Assembly (NCBI GenBank): GCA_030390025.1
Contig: CM059431.1
Coordinates: 112,904,001 to 112,968,000, forward strand
From: Squalus acanthias
Taxonomy: Eukaryota
Direction: 5' to 3'
Length of the DNA stretch: 64,000 bases
The position numbers were made by a program, and so were the translations under genes. The first letter of the stretch is position 1; the number at the start of each line of letters is the position of its first letter. Positions 13,570 to 25,525 of this stretch are shown in pieces. The notes below the pieces were generated by a model. That model did not search any database and was not told the origin of the DNA. It worked only from the letters and a program-made list of their open reading frames with translations.

Positions 13570-14094
13570 TACGTGTGGCAAAATCAGAAGCATCCTCGTT
13601 TCGAATGGATTTACAATGTTCCTACAGCAATTCTTCCTCCCATATGAGGAAAAAGAAAATGTATTCAAATGATGCTGCGCTCAAGAAACGCCATTGTAAA
13701 TAACAGAAACATTAGCGCACATGTATTGTGGACTGTAATTCCTGGTCATTAATTTCATAGACAGTCCTTTGGCCACACTGCAGGAGAATACGAAGGCAAT
13801 AAGCCTGTGTCACTGTTTTATCAGCGAGGTATGTGTAACAAGTAAATGTAATGAAGCCCGGGGAGGGAGCAATTTTAACTTGCTTTACCCCAGTGTAAAC
13901 AGGGAGCTAGTGGCCTCACAATTGCTGACCTTACTGCCCTGTTTATGATCCCGATCCGTCCGCAGCTATCTCATGTAGGGTCCTGAGAAGGGTAGCTCAG
14001 GTGACCGATTTCCAGCGGGAGATTCATTATAGTCTGCAAATAGGGGTCCTATGACGTACATAGGACCCTGACGCAATTATTAGATACCAATAAA

Positions 14095-15470
14095 AAACAA
14101 CTTGCATTTATATAGTGGCTTTAACGTAGTAAAATGTCCCAAGGCGCTTCACAGGAGTGTTATTGGACAAAATTTGACACCCAGCCACACAAGGAGATAA
14201 TTGGGCCATAATTTACTCTTGTGTAATGGTGAGGCTAACAGTGTGACTGTTATTTATCTGCAAATCGCACAGTAACTTCAAGTGAGGGCAGATGCGCGGT
14301 TAAACGTGAAAATCTGTAAATTGCTGTGCGAGTTGCGCCGCTCTGCCATTAGAAGACAGCATCTCACCGTCTGACTCACCATTGAAATGCATTGAATGGC
14401 GTGAAGTTCCTGTACTTGCAAGGTAGATACGAACTAAACTCGCCACAGAAAGTTAGGGTTTGTCCCTTTTTAATGGCATGGTAAGTCTTAATTACTGCCA
14501 AACAACCTCTCTGGCATTGAAAATTAACTTTTACAAGTGTGGAGTCTCATTCCTTCATCTTTTAATTGTGGTGCAGATTTTATTTAAAGTTATATTTTTT
14601 GTACTTTTTCTTTCTATTTCTTTTCTCTCTCTTAATCCAATCTTTCTTTCTCTCTCTTCATTTCGCTTTCTGTGCCTGATTTGACATTGAATTCATTATT
14701 CCAATTTACATTTTCTGTTTGAACTCTGCACTGTTCATTTCATAATACTTCAATCTGGTTGGCTAAGGAGATACGCAATTGCTTGCTCTGTTCACTCAGA
14801 TCCCCTATAGAGGGCGCCGTGCAATTTCGATCTCCCACTTCCAGCAACAACAAAGTCTCATGGAAATGAAATGGGCAAGGGCAAGTCTAACTAACAGCGA
14901 GCACTATTTATTCGCCGGTTACAGTAAATTCTGGCCCATTAGCACAGGTTACCAAAAGCTTGGTCAAAGAGTCATAGAGTCATAACAGCACAGGAGTCCA
15001 TTCGGCCCATCGAGTCCGCGCCAGCTCTCTGTAGCGCAATCCAGTCAGTCCCATTCCCCCGCTCTATCCCCGTAGCCCTGCAAGTTTATTTCCTTCAAGT
15101 AACTATCCAGTCTCCCCTTGAAAACAATTGAGTGTCTCCGCTTACACCACTTCCGTCGGCAGCGAATTCCAGGTTATCACCACTCGCTGCGTAAAAAAGT
15201 TTTTCCTCACATCCCCCCTGTATCTCTTGCCCAAAAGATGGTAGGTTTCAAGGAGTGTTTTAAAGGAGGTGGCAAGGCAGAGAGGTTAGGGAGGGAATTC
15301 CAGAGCTTAGGGCCTAGACAGCTGAAGGCATGGCCACCAATAGTGGGGTGAACGAAATAGTGGATGCACAAGAGGCCAGAATTGGAGGAACATAGAGTTC
15401 TCGAAGGGTTGTAGGTCTAGAGGAGGTTACAGAGAAAGGGAGGGGTGAGACGTGGCGGGATTTGAACACT
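14095..15470 (-). mobile_element. L2 LINE 3' end interrupted by a MITE (14203-14937) and a CR1 tail (~14972-15235)
   Basis: L2 tail (CAACTTGCATTTATATAG on +) reads through once both inserts are removed: ..AAGGAGATAATT|AGCACAGGTTACCAAAAGCTTGGTCAAAGAG|..GTAGGTTTCAAGG. Confidence 0.8.
14203..14937. mobile_element. Harbinger-type MITE with ATT TSD
   Basis: TIRs GGGCCATAATTTACT / AGTAAATTCTGGCCC; ATT immediately on both sides. Confidence 0.9.
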
Positions 15471-16849
15471 CATACCACACATGCACTGTCCATTGGTATC
15501 AGGTATTGAGCAGCCTAACCAGTGCTCCTTAAAGGATCATAGAATACCAGTTTTAAAATTCTTTTTGACATGATTGACATGAATGCTCCTCCTGACCTCA
15601 TAAAAATCTTTCGGCCTGTTATCAGCCCTTTTATACACGCCCCTCCCATGCACCCCCATGCCCCCCGACCATCCACATCCTTTCGCGATTGCTGCCTCCG
15701 TCCCCTCCCGAGGATAGCATTTCCGGCTTAGCTCCATGTCGGACCTGCCTAAATTCAATTCCCCGCAACACCCCTCCCCACTCCCCAAATCGACTGACTT
15801 GTGAGCACCGCCCAGGATGGGTTGTTAGCATAATCAAGTCTAACTGCCAGTGCAGGCCTACATGCTAGCACCTGGAGACCTGGCCACGGATCTTGTGACC
15901 TTCTGACTGCAGTTGGAATGCAGTAACCAGAAGGCTCCCAGGGCTGGAGATTGATAGGGAGCCTGCAGGAGAAAAGTATTATTTACCTTCTCATGCCTCC
16001 CTTGCCTTACTGCCTTCCCCATCAGATCCTCTGGGCAGGCATATCATAATAAGATTTATGCCCTTAGCAATGGTGGATATCAGGAATACCTACGAGACTG
16101 TGGTGTCCATCATTCGTCGGGATTGGGGGCTGGGGTGGGTGAGTTTAACAATTTGAGGACTGGTTCTATGCAATTGATCCGGATGCATTGCTGAGACTGG
16201 CAGAAGGAAAAAAAGAAGGCCAATTTAAAGTTTTTTGCCCTCCTTTCCATGAGCCCACTAATGCTAAGGCAAGGTGTTGCTGTGAAACTTCACCCCGAAC
16301 TACAATGGGTGCCCCTGTTGTGCCAGAATGGCACTGATGCACATCCAGAATATTTCAAATACCCTGACCCTAGGGTTTTCTAAAGAGGCCAAGGACATTG
16401 GCAGTAGATGGGTGGAAGTTTCCTTTAGCCCCAGATCCAGCCCTCACCCCACACCCACAAAAGTCTCACCAGGCGTTTCAGGAAAAGAAAGAACTTGCAT
16501 TTATATAGCACCTTTTGTGACCTTAAGGATGTCCCAAAGCATTTTACAGCCAATTAAGTACTTTTGAAGTGTTGTCACTGTTGCAATGTAGGAGCCAGAT
16601 ATGTAACTCCAACTGGTACACCTTGCATACCAGCTTATTGTATATTCTCAACTTTAATACTGATAAGGGACAAAAATCAAATAAATAGGTAAAGGAATAT
16701 ATATAAATAAATAAAGGCCAATCCATTATGGTTTTCATAGAATAATGGATGGAGTTGTGGAATTCAAACCCCAAAGCACTTAATAAAAATGGAATTTGAG
16801 TTTCTCAGTCACTGCAGATCAGGGAGCCCGATGTTATCCTCTATGTAGC

Positions 16850-17163
16850 CTAAACACTCCCTAGTGAGATATTAAACAGCGACCCTACCAGTCTGCTCAG
16901 CTGGCTTAAAAAATTCCCATGGCACTTTTTGAAGAGCAGGGGAGTTCTCCCTGGTGTCCTGGCTCACAGTCATTCTTCAGCCAACCCCACTAAAACAGCT
17001 CATCGCGTCGTTCATCTCATTACTCTTTGTGGGACCTTGCTGTGCTTGAGTTAGCTGCCTACATTACAACAGTGACTACACGTTAAAAGTGCTTCATTGG
17101 CTGTGAAGCGCTGTGGCAATGCTGAGGATTTGAAAGGTGCTATATAAATGCTCTTTCTTTCTT
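16850..17163 (+). mobile_element. Deu-domain SINE, diverged
   Basis: GAAGAGCAGGGGAGTTCTCCCTGGTGTCCTGG..TATATAAATGC tail. Confidence 0.75.
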
Positions 17164-17519
17164 CCAGCTTCCAGCTTGGCAGGACAGAAACACTTATTGT
17201 GAATTCGGGCACAAATTGCTCGTGATTTCCCCTCCATTAATTTTAGTGGATATAAAATGGCGAGCAGCCTGTGACCAAATTTGTGATAAGCACTTCCTCC
17301 CCACCAGACTCTTATGCCCAGGTGCTGAAGAGGAAAATCTGCTGCTAAAATTTAAACTTGACCTTGTTTTGCTTTATTTAAGTTAAAAATAAAACCTCAT
17401 AATTACCAAGGTAATTGCCTGATAATTGGCCCACAAAACAGCTGTCAAGACCAGGGAACTGTTAGGAGTGAGATTTATACCATCAAAAATCAGATCACAA
17501 GCTCACTTAAATACAAAAG

Positions 17520-17715
17520 AGGTTGAATTTCTGCAGGGGGTTCTCCCAATTGTCCATCATAACTTGGGAGGAAGATCCGTGGAAAGTCGGGAGTAACGGT
17601 GTTGGTAACACCATTGACGCCATTTCTCCGGGGTTTCCGCCAATCTTCTGGCGAAATGGCAGCAGGTGATTGGGAGCAATCCCCCTCTCCCTCGCCCCTG
17701 TGGAACTTTTACCTC
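17520..17715. mobile_element. Short MITE
   Basis: Imperfect TIRs GAGGTTGAATTTCTGCAGGGG / CCCCTGTGGAACTTTTACCTC. Confidence 0.6.
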
Positions 17716-18159
17716 AAAAAGTTTGGTTTATTTCTTAAGAGTGAGATGCAGTGAAATAGGTTACATTTATAAAGAAGAATAAAAGAGGCTTGCTCCAAAT
17801 GAATGAGACTTGGCAGATGTGCAGAATGTAGAAATGGTCAACCACCATCTCAACAGCAGCTTACTGTCAGTTTGTTTTAAAATGCTTGATTTATAAAATA
17901 ATTTTCTTTGAGAAAGAAAGTCTGTGGTTGGTTGCTAAAAACAATACCCATCTGGTTTCATTAACATTGTGACGCCGCACAGCCCAGAACCATACAAAAA
18001 CAACAATACAAATGAGGGATTGCCATAACATTTCGATACCAGAACAGAATACGCTCAGCTTTGTAAAAATTCAACTATTTTATGGGCAATATAAAGGGGG
18101 CAATAACAATTCATATTGTCCGTAGCAGCTGGAAAATTCTGGTATAAAACTGTTCGGGA

Positions 18160-18560
18160 TGGAAAGGGGGGCGGGAGGGGAGGAAAGAACAAAAGGGAAG
18201 GTCTGTGATAGGGTGGAAGGCGGGAGAGATTAAATGACAAAAGGGATGATGGTGCGAGGCAAAAGGGGGTGGTAATGGGACAAGTAAAGGAACAAAAGAT
18301 GGGTCCAGAGGAGGTGTAAATGGCAACAGCAGAATCAATACCAACAGCTGCTGATCGAAAAAATGGGAGCAGTGGTTATGACCTAAAATTGTTGAACTCA
18401 ATGTTGAGTCCAGAAGGTTGTAAAGTGCCTAATCAGAAGATGAGGTGCTGTTGCTCGAGCTTACGTTGAGCTTCGTTGGAACAGTATAGGAGGCCGAGGA
18501 CAGAGAGGTCAGAGTGGGAGTGGGATGGAGAATTAAAGTGACAGGCGACCGGAAGCTCAG
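18160..18560 (-). mobile_element. Penelope-like retroelement 3' fragment (GIY-YIG endonuclease C-terminus plus part of the terminal repeat)
   Basis: Manual minus-strand translation: ELPVACHFNSPSHSHSDLSVLGLLYCSNEAQRKLEQQHLIF*LGTLQPSGLNIEFNNF; homologous to 21327-21745. Confidence 0.85.
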
Positions 18561-19023
18561 TTAAATATATAGGTTTTGTGCACGAATATGTTTTAATCTG
18601 AAACAATCCATTTGTAAGTGATTAATTTTTTTTTTACATATGCTTCCTGTTGGACAAAATGTAAACGTTAACTTACTCCTACAGACTTAGAAGACTTAGT
18701 TGAGAAGCAGTACTCGAAGCAGAGTGCCAGTTTTGGCAATAGAGATTTTTAGATCAGCCGATAATGCCTGTCACATCTGATATTTTAGAAGTTTGATGTA
18801 TATCAGAGAGATTGGGCTACACATCAGGGCTTTTACACTCCTGTTTCTCCTGGCTCCACAAAAGGAAAGTTTATCGTTTGTGGCCTCTTCAGTCTTCAGA
18901 GCAGCTTTCACTTTATTTTATTTTCTATCAACGAAAAGATTGATTACCGAGACCGGACATTTAAAAAAAAGTTACTTCTATTGTTGTTGAAAATTCAATA
19001 AAAATCTCTCTTCTGAACCATCA

Positions 19024-19438
19024 CACTCCAGAGACTTGAGCGCAAAAAAAAAATCTAGGCTGACACTCCAGTGCAGTACTGAGGGAATGCTGCACTGTCA
19101 GAGGTGCCGTCTTTCGGATGAGACGTTAAACCGAGGTCCCGTCTGCTCTCTCAGGTGGATATAAAAAACATCCCGTGACACTATTTCGAAGAAGAGCAGG
19201 GGAGTTACCCCCGGTGCCCTGCCCAATATTTATCCCTCAATCAACATCACTAAAAAAAACAGATTATCTGGTCATTATCACATTGCTGTTTGTGGGAGCT
19301 TGCTGTGTGCAAATTGGCTGCCGCATTTGCTACATTACAACAGTGACTATACTTCAAAAAGAACTTCATTGGGTGTAAAGCGCTTTGGGATGTCCTGAGG
19401 TCATGAAAGGTGCTATAGAAATGCAAGTCTTTCTTTCT
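19024..19438 (+). mobile_element. Deu-domain SINE
   Basis: Near full length; the tRNA head is 5'-truncated. Confidence 0.9.
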
Positions 19439-19446
19439 ATTTTTAA

Positions 19447-19625
19447 AAGAAAAGAAAGTCTTGCATTTCTACAGCACCTTTCATGACCTCAGGACGTCCC
19501 AAAGCATTTTACAGCCAATGAAGTACTTTTTGGAGTGTAGTCACTGTTGTAATGTAAGAAACGCAGCAGCCAATTTGCACACAGCAAGGTCCCACAAGCA
19601 GCAATGTGATAATGACCAGATAGAT
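19447..19625 (-). mobile_element. Deu-domain SINE 3' part, tail-to-tail with the preceding copy
   Basis: Reverse complement of ~19260-19438. Confidence 0.85.
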
Positions 19626-20646
19626 TTTTTGGGGCATAAACAATTTTTTTTAAATATAAAAACTTAGAAACTGTGTAAGCAATGAATTTTTGAGCATTTT
19701 ATGAGGGAATTTCTGTTTGTTTAAGTCAGCAAACTCACCAATAGTGCACTAAAGGGAAAACTTTCCAATTCTGTGCTTGGGGAGCACTGTCAGATAAATG
19801 CACACCAGCCTGGGATTTTCCATACATTCATTTTAAATGCAGAAAATGTACGGCTAAATGCTTTAAGGCAAGAACTAGCTGCTGGTGCAAAAAACTAGGG
19901 CAAAAGGGGCCATAGATGGCTCAGAAGAAGAAGCTGATAGGCAGGAACATGGTGTGTCTTTGGGGCCTGCTGGTTCAAAAGGGCCATGGACAGTTTGGAC
20001 CCCATTCTCCTGACCTGCCCACCCTGCAAGGTTGCGACATTCTACTTCTGCCCAAAACTGCCAGATCATCACAAAACCAACTATAGGCAAACTACAAAAA
20101 TTGATGATTTCAGATTAGTTAAAATTCCTTCCTAGGAAAACTACCCTGCCCTTAGCATTAATTCCCACTTGCAAAGTTAGTGAACTACAGGCCTTCATTA
20201 TAGGTAATCCACATATACTGTGGATTCCCTGATTGGGTAGGCTTAAAAACTCATCCTATGTTTCTTCCTACAGTTGCCTCCCATTTTCATTATTGTTCCT
20301 TTTTTACCTCCCCCCCCCACCCCCCACTAACAGAAGTCACATCATTTCAAAGTAGTACCTGCTTTGTGAGTGGTTTGTACATGGAACACAGCTATTCTTC
20401 CACTCTCTCAAATTGAGGAAATGTACGACACAGTGCATTTAATCAATTGTCTGTTAGCGGGTGACTGAGCACAAGCTAAATTTAAATGCACACTTTGTTC
20501 CGGTGGAACTTAAAAAAAATATTTAAAGTATAATTTGTTTTCTGCGCTGGTTACAGTTAAACTGCATCTGGTGTGAAGTTGAAGTGGTATCAGACTACCT
20601 TCTTAAAGTGGTCCCACACTTGAAAACAAAACTTCAATGACTCTGA

Positions 20647-20868
20647 AATAAAAACAGAAAATGCTGGAAATACTCAGCAGGTCAGGCAGCATCTGTGGAG
20701 AGAAAAGCAGAGTTAACGTTTCAGGTCTGTGACCTTTCGTCCGAAGGGTCAGCGACCTGAAACGTTAACTCTGTTTCTCTCTCCACAGATGCTGCCTGAC
20801 CTGCTGAGTATCTCCAGCATTTTCTGTTTTTATTTCAGATTTCCAGCATCCGCAGTAGTTTGCTTTTG
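20647..20868. mobile_element. Penelope-like terminal repeat in fold-back configuration
   Basis: Arms ~20643-20727 and ~20753-20839 are inverted; 15-bp TSD CTTCAATGACTCTGA / CTTCAGTGACTCTGA (20632-20646, 20869-20883). Confidence 0.85.
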
Positions 20869-21039
20869 CTTCAGTGACTCTGATTTGGTTACTGTTAGAT
20901 GCCACAAACCACCTTGCAGTGACACAAGATGTGCAGTATTACTGCTGTTTAGTATCTCTGTTAGTCAATTTATTTATTTTTAAAATATTATTTATGTGTA
21001 AACTTACTTTACTTTTTTTTTCTCCCTTGGTTGCCCCAG

Positions 21040-21104
21040 GTCCCACATCAACTATAGACCAAGTGAAAGATCAGTTGAATTACCTGCTCCGAAGCAGCTA
21101 CTAA
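21040..21104 (+). CDS. Candidate host terminal coding exon, unidentified
   Basis: Strong acceptor TTTTTTTTTCTCCCTTGGTTGCCCCAG in unique sequence; phase-1 reading PTSTIDQVKDQLNYLLRSSY*. Confidence 0.3.
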
Positions 21105-21326
21105 TGTCATTCTGTGCCAAGAGGTGTGCGAGAGGAGTCAGGGGTAACTGCAATTCCAATTTCCCAACCCCTTGGAGAAAATCTTTGGGCTTCTGTTCAA
21201 TGCCTCCTCACAGGAACTCAGTGACAGTTTGTGTATATGTATATATATATATATGTAATTCTTTCTTATATGGTGCCAGAGTTTGATTGATGTGTCTAAG
21301 TTTTAAAACAGATGCAGTTAGAATCA

Positions 21327-21745
21327 GCATTGGGTTCAATAATTTCAAATCATTACCATTGCCCCTATTTTTCCAGATGGCAGCTGTTGCTGATGATGCT
21401 GCCATTCCCATTTACACCTCCTCTCGACCCATCTTTTGTTTATTTACTTGTCCCATTACCATCTCCTTTTGCCTTGCACCATCATCCCTTTTGTTATTTT
21501 ATCTCTCCTGCCTTCCACCCTATCACAGACCTTCTCTTTTGTTCTTTACTCATTCCCCGCTTCCCTTGCCTCTACTTGTTTAAAACCTGTTACATATCTA
21601 ACTTTTTTCAGTTCTGACGAAAGGACATCGACCTGAAACGTGAACTCTGTTTCGCTCTCCACAGATGCTGCCTGACCTGTTGAGTATTTCCAGCACTTTC
21701 TGTTTTTATTTCAGATTTCCAGCATCCGCAGTATTTTGCTTTTGT
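21327..21745 (+). mobile_element. Penelope-like terminal repeat with hammerhead-like core
   Basis: 14-bp TSD TGCAGTTAGAATCA (21313-21326, 21746-21759); CTGACGA..GAAAC at 21614-21639. Confidence 0.88.
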
Positions 21746-22058
21746 TGCAGTTAGAATCAACTGTCTTGATTATTTAGCACTCATTGGGGGCGATTTTCCC
21801 ATTGGAGGCGGGTTTCGGTTTGGGCAGGTTCCGAACCCACCTCCACTGTCAGGTGGGAAAAATTTGTGATTTTCCCCTAATTGGCCAGTTAATTTCAGAC
21901 GTGTGGGTTCCCCTGGGCCAATTAGTCTTTTGGGACTGAAACTCGCCTCTGCTGACGTCATTTATCCAGCTTCATTTAAGGGCTGCTTGCTGCCTTGGCT
22001 CATTCCACTGGTTTTTGGTCGATGCTGCACCACCTCCAAACTTTCATCACAGAGAAGA

Positions 22059-24062
22059 ATGGCCAGCTCCAAGGCAAGGGCCTCCCCGAGGTTCTTGAAT
22101 GAGGCGCTGGGTATCCTGGTTGAGGGGGCGAGAGCTAGCAAGGAGGTGCTCGTCCCCTCATCTGGGAGGAAGAGGCCTCCCAAAGAAACCAAGGCTGTGT
22201 GGGTCCAGCTGGCAAGGGATATAACCTCCAGATTTGTGTGCAGCAGAACATGGCTGCAGTGCCGTAAAAGGTTCAATGACCTTGTAAGATCAGGCAAAGT
22301 GAGTATACCTTCAGCTTGACCCTCCTTCATCTCCCCTTCTCTCATCACCAGCACTCTGCATTGTCAACCTCCTCCTACACATCCCACTTTACCCTTACAA
22401 CCCTTGCACCCTTAACCATCCCTCTCACTCTATGAACCCAATCACTTCACTATTCGACTATGCTGCCCTCACACTCCCTTTCAATGTTATGCAATGACAA
22501 CGACTAACAACGCACAGGGAGGGCCCTTGGACATGGAACCTCACTCCATCTTTGTCTCCTAAGCATCTATGCTCTGGACTCTCTACACTCACTGCATCAT
22601 TCTCACTCCAACTCCACTTGTTTCCCTCACTGCAGGAAAAGAGAGCCCACAATAGAAGGGAAAGGGCAAAGACTGGAGGAGGGCCACCTTCCCTAGCCCA
22701 TCTCACCCAGGCTGAAGAGGCGGCCCTGGACATCGGCGGCGCAGAGGTGGAGGTGGAAGTGGGGGACGGACAGACGGGCGATGCAGACCAAGCTGGTGAC
22801 AGAATAGTTTTGCATCTCTCTCATTTACACTGCTTGAGTGACTGAAATGGTTGCTGGTGTACATTTTTAGAATGCCACTTGAGCATCTGCACTATTGCAT
22901 GTGCATGCCAGACTTCTGTGATATGTCTAACCCATGCCTTTACTCCCCCACAGGACCATCCACAGAGCCCCCCCTCCACTGTCGACGAGGGAGAGGCTGA
23001 ACCGGAAGACTCCTCAGAGGAACCTGCAACCTCTGAGGACACAGCATCAGCAGATGTAAGCGCACCCAGCACCAGCGCAGAAACGCACACCTCGGTGGGT
23101 CCTTCGGAACATAGAGTAGTGTTGTCACCATGTGTATTACAGCTCACAGGTGAGCATCAGCAGGTGGTGGAGACAGGGACAGCAGTGGAGAGTCCTTGTC
23201 GGAGGTCGCAGGGCGCTCCCAGCTCTGCTCAGCTGCATGTGGACCCTGTGCCTCCGGGTCCATCCAGAAGGAGAGCAGTCCTGGAACTCCAGGAGCAGGT
23301 GCAGGAGTCTCTGGCAGGTTTTGTCTCCAGGGTCACTGCGAGTGTGGAGAAGATGGAGGAGTCCAACTCTAACATGAGCAGTGCCTTTGTGGAGGCAATG
23401 GCGCATGAACGCACCACTACAGAAAGGATGGTAACCTCCGTGGAAAGGATGGCTACCTCTGTGGTAACGATGACTACCTCTCTGGAAAGGGTGGCTACGG
23501 TAGAGGAGAGGATGGCTACAGCCATGGAGGACCTAAGTCGCCAGAGTCTGGAGAACATGGTGAATGTTCAGAATAGACTGACATCTCTGGAGGAGCGATG
23601 GGCAGCTACTGAGCAGAGAAACCAGAGCTTCATGGAAGTCCTTTTGAGTAGGACTGCCAGTGAAGATACGGGTCCCCATGGCCTCCCTGATGTGCAGCAA
23701 GGTGCTCTCAAGCCACTTGCAAGCGCTGAGGTGGAACTGACCCATGGGAGGGAAGTTGGTGGCAGAGAACAAGAAGTGGGGGCTCCTCTCCAAGCACTCA
23801 CACTTCAATGCCACTGCGTAGCCCTCGGCCAGAGCCCTACCAGAGTTCGCACCCAACTGAGATAGGCGTCTCAGCCCCTGCACTGCCACAGGATGAGCAG
23901 ATGTTTGGCGAGCCCTCACAGGCTCAGAAACCCAGAGGATGCCCGCCAAAGGTGTCGAAGCAGGAGCAGCATGAAAGTGAGCAAGGGGCCTCCACTTCTG
24001 CTGAAGCCACAGGGGAAGCATCACGTAGGAGCATGCGTAAGAGAAAAATAAAGCACAATTAG
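22059..24062 (+). pseudogene. Harbinger Myb/SANT DNA-binding protein gene; exons 22059-22298, 22636-22795, 22954-24062; about 2 frameshifts
   Basis: MASSKARASPRFLNEAL..RTWLQCRKRFNDLVRSGK|EKRAHNRRERAKTGGGPP; GT-AG introns; C-terminal KPRGCPPK and RRSMRKRKIK; frameshift in the C7 run at ~22968 and near 23790. Confidence 0.9.
23415..23530 (+). repeat. 21-bp coding tandem repeat (heptad)
   Basis: GAAAGGATGGCTACCTCTGTG-like units; protein ERMVTSV ERMATSV VTMTTSL ERVATVE ERMATAM. Confidence 0.85.
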
Positions 24063-24319
24063 TCACAGGGGTAGGCACTTGGGTGATTGTTTCTGTTTAT
24101 TGATGAAATGCCATCCCTGTGTGAATGTATTAAAATAAGGTGATGGCAAACTGTTGGCGTGATGGCATCTGTTATTTCGGCTTAGGCAGCTCCACATTGT
24201 GGGCTCCGCGACACTTGTGTGGTCAGGTTGGTGGTCAGAGTGAAAGGAGGCCAGAGAGTCATGTCCATTGTCTATCATGTGGTAAGAAGGAGCTAAGCAC
24301 ATGTGCCACAATGGGTAAC

Positions 24320-25525
24320 CTATGTAAATCTGGCCAGGATGAGTGCATCCCTTGCATCACGGGCAGCCATGTGCTCGCGTGCTGCCGCTGCTGCTGGTAG
24401 ATGTGCCGCCACTCGGTCCTCCTCCTCCTCATCTGAGGAGGCTATGTACTGAGCCACTTGCTCATCAGGAAGCTGCAAGCCACGATGCTGTGCCATGTTG
24501 TGCAGTGCACAGCAGACCACGACCATTCTGGAGATCCTGGCTGCTGAGTACTGCAGGGCTCCACCTGATCTGTCAAGGCATCGGAATCGCATCTTGCGCA
24601 GGCCAATGGTTTGTTCGATGATGGACCTGGTCAAAATGTGGCTGGCGTTGTAGCGCTCCTCAGCCTCATTAGCTGGCCTCCTGATTGGCGTCATTAGCCA
24701 CTTCTTCAGGGGGTAGCCCTTGTCACCAAGGAGCCATCCGTTAAGTTGGTTTGGCGGATTGAAGAGCGGAGGAACACTAGACTGCCGCAGGATGAACGAG
24801 TCATGGCAACTACCACAGAACTTGGTGCAAACATGCAAAATCTTCTTCTTGTGGTTACACACCAGCTTTACGTTGAGGGAGTGGAAGCCCTTGCGGTTCA
24901 CAAAGATAGCTGGGTTGTGATGGGGTGCCCTAAGGGCCACATGTGTGCAGTCTTATGATGCCCTGAACCATTGGCAAGCCTGCCATATTTGCAAAGCCAA
25001 CCGAACGCGCGATTACACTTGTTTGATCCCTTGAGAAGTGAATGTAATTGTGTGCCTTTGCGAAAAGGGCATCAGTAACCTGCGTGATGCAACTGTGGGT
25101 GGCTGACTGGAAGATGCCGCTGATGTCTGCTGATGATCCCTGGAAGGAGCCTGAGGCAAAAAAGTTGAGTGCGGTGGTGACTTTGACAGCCACTGTTAAG
25201 GGGTGTCCACCTCTGGGCTCCAGGTTTGGTTGCAGCAGTGCGCAGATGTCTCCGACAACCTCTTGCGAAACTCTCAGCCTCCTTTGGCACTGCTGCTCAC
25301 TCATGTTGAGGTAGCTCATCCTCTGTAAACCCTGAGTGGGGGGTATCTCCTGCGGCGACGTGCTTCCATGCGCTGGTGCCTTCTGCCCTGTGCACCATCA
25401 GGTGGGTGAGCAGGAGGTTGGCGCTCCTGCTGTTGTTGCTGCTGAGCTGTCTGGTTCTGCTGCTGCCATGGCTGCTCCTCATTCGAATCTGAGGTCCATG
25501 ATGAAAACAAATAAATGGTTCCCAT
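24320..25525 (-). pseudogene. HARBI1-like DDE transposase, full length, 2 frameshifts (~25320, ~24945)
   Basis: ATG at 25525; [53 protein letters not shown]. Confidence 0.93.

Noticed and set aside
24320..25525. Domesticated HARBI1 gene
   Set aside because: Lies within TIRs and a TSD, is paired with a Myb gene, is frameshifted, and has several paralogous decayed copies nearby.
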